From: Nageia nagi
Taxonomy: Eukaryota; Plantae; Pinophyta
Assembly: GCA_050084985.1 (NCBI GenBank)
Contig: JBITNC010000001.1
Coordinates: forward strand, 139,128,001-139,192,000
DNA: 64,000 nt
Direction of reading: 5' to 3'
Numbering within the stretch: position 1 is the first letter of the stretch; each line of letters opens with the position of its first letter. The translations under genes were made by a program, and so were the position numbers. Shown in pieces: positions 1 through 14,100 of this stretch. Under the pieces are notes generated by a model. That model was not told the DNA's origin and made no database searches. It saw nothing but the letters and a program-made list of their open reading frames with translations.

Positions 1-600
1 TATATAGTTGAAAATGTAGAACTCATGTATTTTGGGATAGACTAGAGGAGAGGGATACTTTTGGCAATAAGACATTGCTAAATATGGAAGCTTATCTTAA
101 GATCATTCCTGGAAATCTTAAGGAGGCCTTTGATAGGTAAAAATGTGTGGTTGACCTACATAGAACTCCCAAAGAATTTGTTGTTGGGGATAAATTATTT
201 CTTAGAATTAAACCTGAAAATAGTTCTATCAAGTCATCCAAGTAGTCAACCCATTATGTTGGCCCCTTTGATATTGTAGAAAGAATCAACCCTATGGCTT
301 ATCATCTAAAGTTACTAACCAGTTTATCTAATTTGTATAATGTATTTCATGTATCTTTACTTAAAAATTACATATGTGGTCCCTCACATGTTTGGTATTT
401 ATATAAATTATAGATGATAGATCCTTTGAATAAGGAAGTAAGACTAGTAAGAATTATGGAAACTTGCACTAAGAGGATTATGAACATAAATGTGGAGCAG
501 TGTGCAATTCAATGGGATCAATACTTTAAAAATAATTTTACTTGGGAATATTTACATTTGATGTAGAAAATATTTCTTGATTTATTTAATTTAGAATCAA
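1..600 (+). pseudogene. Ty3/gypsy chromovirus (Tekay-like) integrase C-terminus and chromodomain, degenerate, partial
   Basis: ~255-370 translates as YVGPFDIVERINPMAYHLKL..LYNVFHVSLLKNY (GPY/F motif). ~440-590 translates as RIMETCTKRI..QCAIQWDQY..NFTWE..M*KIFLDLF (chromodomain). Contains stops. Confidence 0.85.
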
Positions 601-644
601 ACTAAAAATAGAGGGACTATATTTAATCTTAGGGAAGTTGAATA

Positions 645-2560
645 TGATGGACCACTCCCCTAAGGTTGTATCCTTGTAAGATACCATGTTTAAATTCATT
701 TATGGTTTGCATTTTCATTATTTAAATGATTAATTTGGAGGTTCCTTAGTGTGTGTTATGATACTACATAATTGTTGTTTTCTTACTTCATCATTTTGCA
801 TAGGAGTTAACAAATCATCATGTTTGCATAGTTAAGGTTAACTGTTAATTTGGATCAAGGATTGAGAGTTTGGGCATTTAGATATTGGATATCATATATT
901 ATCTCCCCTAAATGGTCATTTTTATTAATCATTAGTCTAACCTAAGATTTAAATATTATTAAGAGGTTACTAGTCTAATCCAATGGGGTTAGTGGCTAAG
1001 TTAGGTGTTAATTACCCTAATCTCTAACCTATTCTTAATGTTATTTTTGTTAGCATTTTGTTTGGTTAGTATTATCATAAGTTAGTATTTTATTTACCTA
1101 TTAATTAAACCTATCAACTAATACCTAAAATACCCACTACCTAATGAACCCATTGCATTTTGGATATTCTATTTTGAATATTTCATCTACAACATTCCCT
1201 ATCCCTAGCCTATGTCATGATTTGAGAATGGGGATTGATTGAGGAATGTTATCCATCTTATCGATAGTATCCTAGCATGAACTAAGAGTAAATGAACTTA
1301 GTTCTAAAGGTGGATTTAAGGTGGGCATTAATTTCTACTTATAGCTTCATTTTTGGCATCAAATAGGCTATTCAAGCTATGAAAATTCTTGGAAGAATCA
1401 CTGATATTGTAGCTTTTTATCATTACTATTGTAATCCTCATTATGGTGGCTAGTACTTAATGGGTTCAATTTGAAGAAGTATCTATTAGTTTCAATTTTG
1501 GAAGGCATGCAAATGGTTTAGTTAATAGGGTCCTACTGACCATATTGAGTGGAAGAGACAAAGCACATTGGGAGATTATTTTCCATTGGTATATTACTTT
1601 GGAGAAGCCATATACTATTTATAACATCAATTTATGATATTGACTAAATTGGTACGGTTTGTACCTTTACTTAAGTGATTTATTGACTATGTAAATTATT
1701 TGTAGGGAGTAGAGGCTTTCAAATATGTTTTTCCATGGGTTTTATATGTTATCTTGGTTGTTTTCTAGTCTTGCTATGTTTGGGGGATATTAGATATATT
1801 TGAAAAGGTTTAAATATAGTAATGGGATTCTAGGTTTTATTTATATATTCATTTTTGAAATATTTTTTGAGTATTTCCAAAGTGGATATCTCTCCATTCT
1901 ATGAATTTGTTAAGATATGAAAAAGTTTGGTGATGTTACATATTTACTATTATTTTTGCATGGAGGCTATTGGGTTTTCCTCAAAGGCATTTTTCATACA
2001 TGTAATATGGAAGTATTTGGGCTCAATTTGTAGCATATGTTTATTTGGTTTCTCTAACTAATAAATATTTACCTTCCTCTCTCTTACCCAGATGGGTTTT
2101 ATGCATATACTCTATTGCATGAACCCTTACCGTGCATCAATTTTTCCTATTACACTGTATTCATGGTTTATGTAAGGTAATTGCATGAGTATTAAAATTA
2201 TTAAGTTTATTTATAACATTTTTAAGTTGCATTATTCTTATCTGTACCTTAATATAGATGGATATGCATTCACTAGTAGCATCTTAATTCCTTAAAGTGT
2301 TAAATATATTTTTGAATGCCTTTTGTATTCTACGTAGATGATAATTGATATAGTTTTGCATTTAATTTGTTTGAATTGTATGACTTCAATATGAATTATA
2401 TTATTTTCCTCTTGGATTAGAAATTTAGTGGTTATAGTATGTGTGAGGAACAATTTACTTACGTAATATTTAATTTCTTAAGTAAAGATACTCCTTGATG
2501 AGATAGTTTCTCATCCCTCCTATTTACATGAGTTACAGCTAGGAAATGGTGGGGCTACTA
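645..2560 (+). mobile_element. 3' LTR of the chromovirus
   Basis: PPT-like agggaagttgaata (631-644) followed by TGATGGACC at 645. Candidate end GGGGCTACTA (2551-2560; CA>TA) forms an imperfect terminal inverted repeat. The right end is inferred. Confidence 0.55.
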
Positions 2561-3562
2561 TGGAAGATTGGCCTTATCTAGAATGTTGTATAGTCCATTT
2601 TATTTAATATTTGATTATCAATTGTATATAACTTTTGTACAAGGAGCTTAAAAGTGTATATCTTAGAAGAGTAGATTTGAGGTTGGAAAATTTATAATCA
2701 TATTTTGTTGATGATAAACTTGTTGAATCATGTAATTTCTTACACTTACCTAAAATTATGCATTTGTTATCTTATTTTTTGTGGGTTTTTTCTTGTAAAA
2801 AGGACTATCAATAGTGTTAATGGTTAATGTTGGTACTACTTTATTATAAGTGTAGATTATATATATATAGAAATTGTAGTATTATGACTTCGTTGGATGG
2901 TTAATAGTTAAGGTCTCTTATTGAATTTAATGAATGAATAATACTACCTAGTGTTGTTAATTACCTTGGCTGAAATGTAGTATTGGTTACTCTATTTATT
3001 CTAGATCCATTAGATAATTTTTCAATTAATTTAATAGTGTATATACCTTCTTACTACATGTATTTTTGAAAAGATTTTGGGAAATCTAAGTATAGGTTTG
3101 ATTATATTGAGGGATTGATTCCATTGGATGTTTTCCCTATCTATTCTATATATTGATCCTCCTTTCATATGAGTACTCATCTTGTATCTGTAGCATTAGT
3201 TTTATCCCTCCTCATGGGTATTAGGTTTATGAGTTTGGGGTAATCCCAAACTCATAATACATTAAATGAGTACATTCTTTATTTTACCTTCATTATAAGT
3301 GTAACCTTAGAAGGTTAAAGGTTTTATATCCTTTTTGTATTAGGTTATATCCTTTTCCTTCATGATTTTAAGAGGAATAAGGATTATCCATAGATAAACC
3401 CCAAGTGAAAACATGCAGTTTACACCTAAGTAGCATGTATGATAATGAGTTTGGATAGGATATTAAGTTCCTTCCCTTTCCATCTATCATTGGATCCTAA
3501 AGTTTGGATATTATAATGTTTATTTTACAAAGAAATACACCATTTTGATATCCATGTCTACA
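2561..3562 (+). mobile_element. 3' part of another LTR (remnant)
   Basis: Ends in ...caccattttgatatccatgtctaCA (3562), just before homology to the element A LTR begins. No partner in the window. Confidence 0.3.
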
Positions 3563-5721
3563 GCACAAGGTAAAGAATCCTAGATAATCAGTGATACTCT
3601 ATAGTGAACTAATTCACTTAGCAAGAATTAACAAAAATGTTTGAAATTCCTCTTTTTAGTAGTAGCGAGTATTTTGGTTCTTTACATAGTTATCTAACAT
3701 AAAGTTAAGTGAAGCATATATGTCAACTTAAACTTAGAGTTATCTCTCTTACTCATTTGCCCAATTTTTACATTGTGAACTTATGGTAAAAAATACTCCA
3801 TTATTCTAAAGTAACGGTTTGAAGAAAATATCTAGGGTTTGAGGAAAATCTCAAGGGTTTGAAAAATTTTGACTATACTCCACTATATTGTGATCATTAT
3901 ACCTCCATATACCTAAGATTAGAGGTAACTTTCATGGTTGATTTTATTTATATTGACCATAATTAACTTTTTACAGGTTTTGGAAGAGGTTTAACCATTG
4001 AATTTACAAGAACTTGGAAGATTTTGTATCCTTTTGGTGGTTTTTTATTTATTATAAGTTTTGGTGCATGTAGTATACATATAGGATAATATTATATTAA
4101 TTTTCATGTACATATATCTATTTAATAAATTTATGGTCAAAAAGTAATCTAAGCTTTGTGGGTATCCGAAGATCCTTTCATATCTAAGGGAATTAAGATT
4201 ATAAATTTATTTTAAGGGTTTGAAGGGTTTAGTCTTGTAATTTATGGTTTTAACCAAATTATGGTGTTAGATCTTCTAAAATTATCTAAATACTTATTTC
4301 AAAACTATATTTATAGGAATAAATCATGTCTTTGCACAATAGGCATACTTTTATATTCTAATATCCATATGAATTTGGATTAAGGAGCTCACATAGTAGC
4401 TTGGATAGCTTGAAAATATTTTCTAGTTACCCTAAGGTATTAAATGCTTAGGGTTTTAGGTCCCTAAAACTTGTTAAATTATATTAGGATGTGTATATTA
4501 AAATATCCTATAGGTATAAGGCACAAATGGATAATTTACATTAATTATTTACCATTCTTGATTATCTTATTTAAAGTTTAAAAGCATAGTTATGTATAAG
4601 ATCTTTAATTCTTATGTGCAATTGACATATTTGGGTGTGTGAAGTGGATTTGGAGGATAAATTAATTGGTGAAACCAACATGAAACTTACTTCTAATCAA
4701 AATTTTAATTTGGAGGATTTTTGAATTTTTCCTCCAAACCAATATTTGTTAATTTCAAATTTCTATCCATGAAAGTTATGCAAAATACATAATTCTCTTA
4801 ATATGTCACTCCAATTTGGATCAATTTTGAATATAAGTATCATGTAGGTGTAAGGATAAATATATACAAATTTGGATGAAAATATTTTATAAGATTATAA
4901 AATGTGGTCCCTACTGTATTTGGTACTAAACATGACTATGTTTGAGCCTATAAAATATGGTACCAAAAACATTTTAAAATAGAGAGATTTTTTACCTAGT
5001 TTGAGGGCTTTAATTTTTTAGTTTATTGGCTCAATAGGGACCCTTAATATATCTTGAATCTTTCCTAAAAATTATAACATTGAATTCTTATTTTTTAAGT
5101 GGATTTAAGCTCAATCTTTAATAAAAATTATCAAAATTAAGGGAGGTGTTGAATTCTCTGATGTTTTGATATAAATTTACCATGATATTATGTTTAATTA
5201 ACCTAAAATTATCACAAGAGTTATAGAAGAGCTAGATAGGATTGGTAATATCCTCAATTTATGTTTTGTAAGATTTCTTGATAAAACATTATCCGTATTG
5301 TGTTCCATACCAAACAGGACTGCACTTTAACCTGAAAAAATGTGGTCCTGGTCATATTTTAAAAGAGAGAGCATTTTGAGTTTATTTTTATCTTCAATTT
5401 TATAATAGTATTATTGTATTTATCTTTTCATTTCCAAGTAGAATCCATAACAATTAGGTATTTTATGTCACACTTAGTTTGGAGTGTTGACTTATGCATT
5501 TGAGGTTGCCTTTATTTGGCATTTTATTTCAGATTAGTCTTAGTAAAGATACTTGTAACCTCACTTGATAACTCAACCTTGGAGCAATAAGGAATGTTAT
5601 AATATAGGTAATTCATTAAATTACTTTTTTCACCTAGTACATACTATTTAATTTCTCATTTTGTAATTGGATTGTTGTAAATTGGTTAAATCCTTACATA
5701 CATTTTGGGAGGATTATTACA
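3563..5721 (+). repeat. Element A 5' LTR (5'-truncated)
   Basis: Aligns by eye to 27263-28218. Candidate end ggattattACA at 5721, followed by a very degenerate PBS-like tctattggg. Confidence 0.6.
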
Positions 5722-6469
5722 CAAAATATTTCTATTGGGTTTTAAAATAACAATTAGAAAAGGCTTTAATTTGTTGGTAATTGAGTTTTTATTTTTTTAG
5801 TACATCCAAAATCATAATTTATTTCATTTCATTTTGAAAATAGAAAGATTCCATCATAGTTGGGTCGGATTTCCTTGTATTTTAAGGATTATATTTGCAT
5901 ACATATTAAGAAGTGTATCCACATTTTCTTTTTTATTTCATATTAATTTCACATTCCTAGGCCTCTACTAGGTCACATGGACCTTATTTCCACAACCTCA
6001 TCTACACTTAGAAGTGACTCCCAAGGTAGATACTTGACTCACCCTTAAATTAATTGCAACCCTAGAGATTAAGCCTTAACTTTTAAATGCTTAACTAGAT
6101 TCATTATTAGGGGAAACTAAAAAAGAGGTGAAGGAATCTAAAATTAACTATCATCAAAACATTTAAGCTTTTAATTGAACAAAGAAGTAATTAGAAAGAT
6201 AATGAAAAATTACAATCTATTACAATTGTTATCTTCATTTAGGATTGCTATGTTGTGCAAGCTTTTTAGGGTGGTATGATTAAATTGCATCTATACTAAA
6301 TACAACATTTAAGCTAAACTATCATATAATTTAATGTATTTTATTTGAGTGCACTATTGGGGATTTATTTAAATTTTTAGAAACTTGATTATTATTGTAT
6401 AATTCTTGTTATATATTGATGAAGCCTAATAGGGACCATAGTTTTTTAAGGGATGAGTTTTGTATTAAC

Positions 6470-9400
6470 ATGGTTAAAACTAGAACACAAGCCAAGAGGA
6501 AATATATGCAAATTCAAACTCCTCCCCAAAATCAAGAAGAGTCTAGGGTAAGCCATGAAAATATTATCTTTTAAAAATCTTTAAATAATTTCCAAAATAT
6601 GAATCAAAATTATGTGTCTAAAGGTGTAGAGCCTATTAATATGCCCTTTAGCATAGCAACCCAAGTTTCACCACAATAGAAAAAGCCACAATTGAATATC
6701 TTAGCATATGTAAAACATTATAATATAATCATAATATAATATTGGGAGTTTCCAAGTCCTAACAAATAAAAGGTAAATAACACATACCTAGAAACATTCA
6801 ATAACATGTGTTACCAAGATAAGGATTAAGCCCACTTATGTTCAAACAAACCATCCTCTTAACCAAATTTTTGGCACCCAACATTGTAATGTGCCATCCT
6901 ATTCAGATCCTTTCTTTGGAAAGTGGTCTCATCCCTCTTATATCCTACAATCAAAAGAGAATCCCATTGTACAAGACATGAGACTTAACTATGACCATTA
7001 AGCATTTATGCAAAGTATACAATAAGCTCATAAGGCCCTCGATAACTTTACCAAATCATTACCTTAATGCTAAAATATTTTCTAATAGTCCCCTCAATCC
7101 CAAATACTAAATTCTTTTAGTAACCCACCACCAAATATGACATAACCACAACCTTATTCTCAAGGAAAACATGCTTCTCTATAACAATGTGTACCAAATC
7201 CATCTCATTCCTATGGTAGACAAAGTAGAGAAATACCAACTCAACATATTTTATAATAAAGGGTTATTCTAATATAATAAGTAACATAAAACCAAGGATT
7301 TCATGGAAAATAAACCCCAATGTGAGTGCACAAGCTTAAATCTTAAACCAAAATGCACAATATCACACTAATATCCAAATTCATCCCCAAGGAACGAATG
7401 GAAATCAAGATTAAATTCAACAAAGTTTTCAAACCCAATTTGTTCACAACTACCAAAGTGTACAATAGTCCATAAATCCAAATTAATATGATACAAAAAA
7501 TCCTAACCACCAAACATATGGTGCCCAAGCTATTTCTTTCTGAAACTAATCCCAACTAAGTTATAATGCCTAACCCAACCAAAATCAGTCCTAAGGAAAC
7601 CCTCATCCTAATTTTCAAACCCAATAATAAATAGAGGCATTACAAAAGCTTGTTCAATAATTACAACAAAATCTACAATATTCTCAAGCTTAAGATACAC
7701 AACAGCAAGCCCTTAAAAATAACCCAAACCAACCTTGGGTATAAGAAAATGTCTCTTATGATTCTAATGTTCATAAATTTGTGAGATAAGTAAATTTGAT
7801 GTGGAATCAACGATATCAACAATAATGGACACCACCAAATCAGCCTTATACAATCAATGAGGATATAATCATGATAAGTTTACAAGAGTTGGAACTAAAG
7901 GTAAGCAACTACAAAAGCTTCAAGCTAAAATATGATGACATGTATAGTGATCCTATCAACACCATGGTGCATTTAAAGCTATATCCAAGTAAATTCAATA
8001 TGCCTAAGATTAGCAAATTCAAAAGAAAAGAGGATCCAAAAGAATATCTTAGGTAATTTAAGTATACTTGTTATCAAATTTCTCATGGTGATGCTCTCAC
8101 ATTAATGAAATTTCCCATGACTCTTGGAGGGAAAGCAACGAATTGGTACAAATATTTGACCCAACACAATCTATACAACTTTGGGCAATTAGCAAATATT
8201 TTCTTAGAACACTTATCTATTAATGTTAAGAAGAGAGCCTTCATTATTGATCTAACTAATATCTCACAATATGATCAAGGATCAATAAGTAATTATGTGG
8301 CTAGATGGAGGAATTTAGTAACTAGTATGATCTTTCCTTTTCCTCAAAAAGAATTAATAAGACTCTTTAGCAAGAGTTGTAGCAAGCATATAGCAACTAC
8401 ACTTTAAATTCAACAACACAAAACATTTGAAGAGGCCATAGAACAACCAAAAATCATTAAGGAAGTAATGATCCAAAATGGGGATGTAAAAATTATAAGA
8501 AAAGAAAATAACCCAAGAAATGACAACAAGGGTTACAATAGCAATAAAAATGGTTCCAATAACAATAACAAAGCTCAAGTGAATCAAGTGGTTATCCAAC
8601 AACCATATTCCCAACAACAATAATTGTAAATTACACTCCAACATGTTCCCCAAGCTCAAAAAGCTCCATAATTTACAATGCAAAATAAGTATTATGGGAA
8701 AATAGTGATAGTCAAGGGTAGCCTTCAAGACAATCAAGAAATTTTACTCTATTGGGAGTACCATTATCGAGGATCTTAAAAATACTAAATGATTGAAACA
8801 TGCTAAGACTACCAAAAATTTTATGTGATCCAATTTTGACAACAAAACCATGGTACAAATATGGTAAATATTGTCAATTCCATATAACTAAAGGGCATGA
8901 TACTAATATATGCATGTATTTGAGCAATATAGTGTAAAATCACATTGATAGTGGGAAAGTGATATTTAGTGGTATATCAACCAAACCAAATCAGAATATA
9001 CAATAATATCAAAATCCATTACCGTAAAAAATTATTAATAAAGTGGGTACAACCTTACCATATAACCAAGTAGTGCTACAACAAGTTCATTACAAATATG
9101 TATCCCATCAACAACAAGTGCAAGAGGTTGAAAAATCACATTTTGTTGGGTGGTATATGTGGGCACAAGGGCCCACTAATACAAAGATAAAGGAGCTAAA
9201 AAAAATTGATAATAATTCTTAAGAGGTGAGAAACCCCCAACTTAATTGGATCTAAAGAAACATTAAAAAGTAACTTTGAGCAACAACTAAGACTCACTCC
9301 TATCAAGTTTTCATTATGGGATTTAATTAGATATTATTATCCACATAGGGAGGTATTGGATGAGATTTTAATTATTATTGAGTTCTATTATTATAACCCC

Positions 9401-11141
9401 AATTCATTTTCCAACTTTAATATGAATGTTCAAACAAGTGGTGAACCATGCATATCATTCTATCAACATGAAAATATGGATGTCACAAATTTAAAGTACA
9501 AGGATACTCCATTGCACATAGTGGTTAAGATAGATGGAACAATATTTAAAAGGGTATTAGTATATGATGGATCAATAATCAATGTGGTTTCATCATCATC
9601 ATTGATAAAGATAGATATCCCTCTTTCTCACTTGCAATCTCCATATTTAGTCTTGAGGTCCTTTAACTATGAAACACTTTTAGAAGCATTATTCTAACTA
9701 TTAAGGTTGTATCTAAAACCAAACATTCTTAATTTCAAATCATAGAGGGAGAAAAATAGTTCAACTTTTTTCTTGGAAGGACATGGATAAGGGAAATAGA
9801 ATGTGTTCCTTCAACACTACACAGATGTGTCAAATATCTTAATAATAGGGTAACACATTGTATATGGATGAATGAGGAACCTTTGAGTCATTGCAACCTT
9901 GTTGATTTACCTCATATACCTCTCCTTCCCTTTACCCATATATTTCTATAAATTATCCATATAGGCCATGATCCATTACTTCTTGGAATGGGTCCACATG
10001 ATGAGTTGGAAATATCTAAAGTGTTTCAAAATTCACAAGACAATAATACACTGTAAAAAGAAAAAGGCAAATAAGTCTTAAATAAGTTATATCATGAAGT
10101 AGAGAAGCCTTTAATTGATTTAGGTGAACAAAAGTCTCAAATATTTGTGTATAAAGAACCTAATAAATAAGAGTTTCTTATTCCCTCCCCTACATTACAA
10201 GAGGAAACTTCTTGGAATACAAGAGCTCAATATTTAGATAAAATACTTGAAAAATTAAATCTTTCTCTAAATAAGATACTCTAAATATTTCCTATATAAT
10301 TGAACCAAATATAGTGTCTAAGGAAGAGAAATATGCTAAAAATGAGGAAAACTTAGAAGGTAATAATAAAAAACAAAACAAAGAAATATCCTCTAGTTAA
10401 GGTATACAAACCCATATCTAGAATTGATGTTAAGTTTAATAATAAAAGTATGGATGAATATTCTATTGATGACATAATGATTAATATGCTCTATTTGTAT
10501 GATTTTGGGCATCCAAATGAAAATTATTTGGCCATTAGCACACTCATCCCACTTGGACCCTCCCATAATCAAACTTATTTTATTTATGTGGGACCAAATG
10601 AACTGACATATTTATCTTTTAAACCAACTCCCGAATAGAGTTTTTGTGGAAAGAATTATTATCTTTCCTTTCCTTTTTCTCATCATTACTTTACCAAGTA
10701 TAACTACAAGGGCAATGATTTGGATAGATATGAGCAAGGCAGTATTCAAGTCATGCAAGTTCATACTAAGGGTGATAAACATAAAAGAGGCCTTAGCTAT
10801 AAAGGTCCTCTAACTTCAAATGCTATATACCAAATACATTAGTTACAAGATGAGGGAGACTATGGAACCCTCCTCCCCTAATGGGTGATACATTATTTGG
10901 TGAACCTAACATGAACAAGCAAACATGATTGATATCTAATTTGTCTCTCCCTTCTCTCATGTTCTTGATTATTTTGATTCTCATGTTGTAGATCAAGAGA
11001 CTACTAACCTTTCTATTATGTCTCTTAAGGATATTTCTACACATAATTCCTTTATTTCTCTTTATGACCATGTTTACCCCTATATAGATGACCTAGATTA
11101 GGATGAACATTGCCCTTTTTTGAATTGTCAATGGTAGAATG
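6470..11141 (+). pseudogene. Element A gag, protease and G-patch (frameshifted)
   Basis: MVKTRTQAKRK start at 6470; retrotransposon gag ORFs 7871-8407 (PKISKFKRKEDPKEYL, FPMTLGGKATNWY); CQFHITKGHDTNIC knuckle ~8872; protease LHIVVKIDG..KRVLVYDGSIINV (9356-9697); G-patch KYNYKGNDLDRYEQG ~10697-10740. Confidence 0.85.
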
Positions 11142-14100
11142 TGTCATGACCCACCTCAAGACACTGTTTGACCTCGAGTGCCATTAAGGATTTGAATGAA
11201 TTATGTTTACATAATACTATGGTAAGGATAAGTTTGATATGGGAATATGTATAATTTGTGACAATTTGATGCTATCTTAGAGATCTTTTGAGATAGGTCA
11301 TAGAGTGGAGAAGCAACCCAAAGACCCTATGGATCAAAGGTGAGTTGGTGACAAGAATGGAAGGGTAAGAGCAAGAAATAATTGACATTGATTCGATGAC
11401 ATACCCTATGACCATCATTAATCATGTAGATACATGTAGAATAATTATTGTGATTTTCAGTTGCTTCATGAAAATATGTTTGCAAAATTATTTGGATTAA
11501 CCTTACTTTACATGACAAGGTGACTATCGTAGGTAAAGATGTGTTTTCCCTTGTTTGGTATTTTTGAAATTCAAATTTTGAAATGGAGGGAAAAAGAGGA
11601 TATAGCTTTAGTTAAATTTTGAAAATTATTATAAGGTTAGAAAAATAAATTTAATGGGGTAAAAGTTGAATATGAGTGTCCATATTAATGCCATATAGGG
11701 TTAATAGTAAAAATACTATTAGATAGAGACTAAGGTCTCCTTGTAGTATTACATGATATTTTATAGCTAGGAAAATAATAGAGTAATGATCCTACTTAGT
11801 TTTGTATTTTTGTGTTAGGTATGGATAAGAGTTGGCACTAAATTGTCAACTAATGAAAAAGAGTCCAAAGTATTAAATGCAATTACCATCATTTCCAAAA
11901 TTAAGCAAACCTAACCCAAAACTATTGAGGGTATGAGGAGACATCCATTTGGACACATTTGAGACCCTTTAGCTATAAATAAAGGATTAGAGCATTGAAA
12001 ATATACTACCTATCTATCTATCTATTTGTATTTAGTTTTTGGTTATTCTTAAGCTTGGATTACATGAAGAAAAGAAGCCTCTCTTCCCTCTCCAAGTCAA
12101 GGTGCATTATTTGCATTATTTTAATACCTAGATAAAGTAATCCTATTTAAATATATTTAATGAGTTGTATTTGATAAAATTCATAGAATTAATTGTTGAT
12201 AGAAATCATATACTATTCAAAAACACACAATGGATAATTTCTTTGCCAAGTTCCATGTAAAGGTTGGTACCTTGTCTCTTCTTGTGTAATGTTAATTATT
12301 TACCTTTAATAGATTAGTTACTAAAGGATATCTAGATATTATGAGAGAAAGGTTGTATATAAAATGGTTTTTGATGATAGAGTCATATTTGACATCTCCC
12401 TTATCATGTAAATTGAAGGATTTCATTTAGTAAAGGTTTTGAATTTTCCCTCTAATACTTATACTTGGATATTTAATATGTCATAAATCATAATTCACTT
12501 ATTCTTCTTTATACATTTTCTAATTGTAATTGAGATAAATATTTTCTAGCTTATTTTTCCAATGAAATTTTATTAACAATCCATAAATCTAGTGGAATTT
12601 CCCATGTTTTACATACACAATTTGAATGTAAAAGTATTTTCCTCTATTCTTGATAAGACTCGTTACTATCTTATGCTTCCTCAATATTAAGAAACAAAGG
12701 AATATTAACAATGGATACAAAGTCTAGATTTATCATAGAACTCACATGGAGTCCTAGAGGATAGATTCATATCAAGAGTTCGGCTTACATCAAAAAATTA
12801 TATCTCTATGAAATGTTATTCCATAGCAGTGTGTCATTTGAGATAGGAACTCATGTAGAAATAGATCTCGTAGTTTTATAATGCTTTACATTCATGTATA
12901 CAAATTCTCTTGTTTGAGTCTTTTTTATTTACTTACATTAATTTCTTACTTATTATGAAATTATTTTCAACTAATTAATTAATGAATTGCTATCTGTTGT
13001 TGCAAAAGTACTTGCTAAAACTAGATTCATTCCATTATAGAACATTGCACATTTTATTTGTGTGTCATTTATCAAATAGAATTAGATTTATATCCTTTTT
13101 TTGATCTCATATGGTGGCATATAATGGTTGCAGAATTTTACTTTAAAGTAATGACTAGTTTAAAGCCAAGCATCCATATGCTATTGTAAAGATACAATAC
13201 AGCATCATGTTGTCCATCCCCTCTATGAAGTAACCCTCTCATCTTCTAAATACCGCATTTAGTATCTCCTAAATCATTGTTGATTAATCAATATTTTGTG
13301 GTCAATACTTTATATAATTTTTATCAATGTACTCTATTAGAAAACATAGGTACAAATCCAAAGTAATGGTACAATATGAATATTCATTTTAGACTTCTTT
13401 TTAGAGGAGCAAAAATAGATTTATTTGATTTATTTACTTTTAACATTACTTGTAATTATAAATTAGACAATCATATGGTATAATAAATAGCCTAAAAATA
13501 CTAAAGGATAATAAAGTTAGTATGGTAAACAATGAAGGAGGATTAAAGTAGATATAAATTAATGAAATAATGGTTAAGGAATTCTTGAATGATGTAACCT
13601 CTTATTATTTAATTAAAAGAAGGTTTTTTTTTTTTAGAAAACACTTGTAGATGAATGAAAAGTAGTAAATACTATTTTGTTATATTTGGTTTGTGGAGAA
13701 TTGAAGGGAATAATGTAAGAAAAGTGTTCAAAAACTTTGTTTGAAATCTATAAGTAAAGCAATCAATTTTAGTAAGTGGTATTGAATATGAATTAACTAT
13801 TGAATATAGGTGTTTTAATGAATGACCAAGGAAGAGAGGTAGTCCAAAAAGGACCTAAAATCCTGTTGAGGTCTCAAGTAGGCATTGCATTATGATCATA
13901 AAACATAAAAGGGTTTTCCTGATCCTCCTCCTCCCTAGTACTCGATCCAACCATTGAGTTCCAAGGGAATGATCAATGTTCAATTCTTGTTGTTGAAGAA
14001 TGATGGAGATTCTTGATGCTAATTGTTTGAAGATGAATGGATGTGTTTCCACAACAAGCCATAGAATGACTCACTAAGTAACAATGTTACACTTCATTTA

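Noticed and set aside
3832-4460. Scattered TAGGGTTT motifs as interstitial telomere
   Set aside because: Isolated single motifs within LTR sequence, not tandem arrays.
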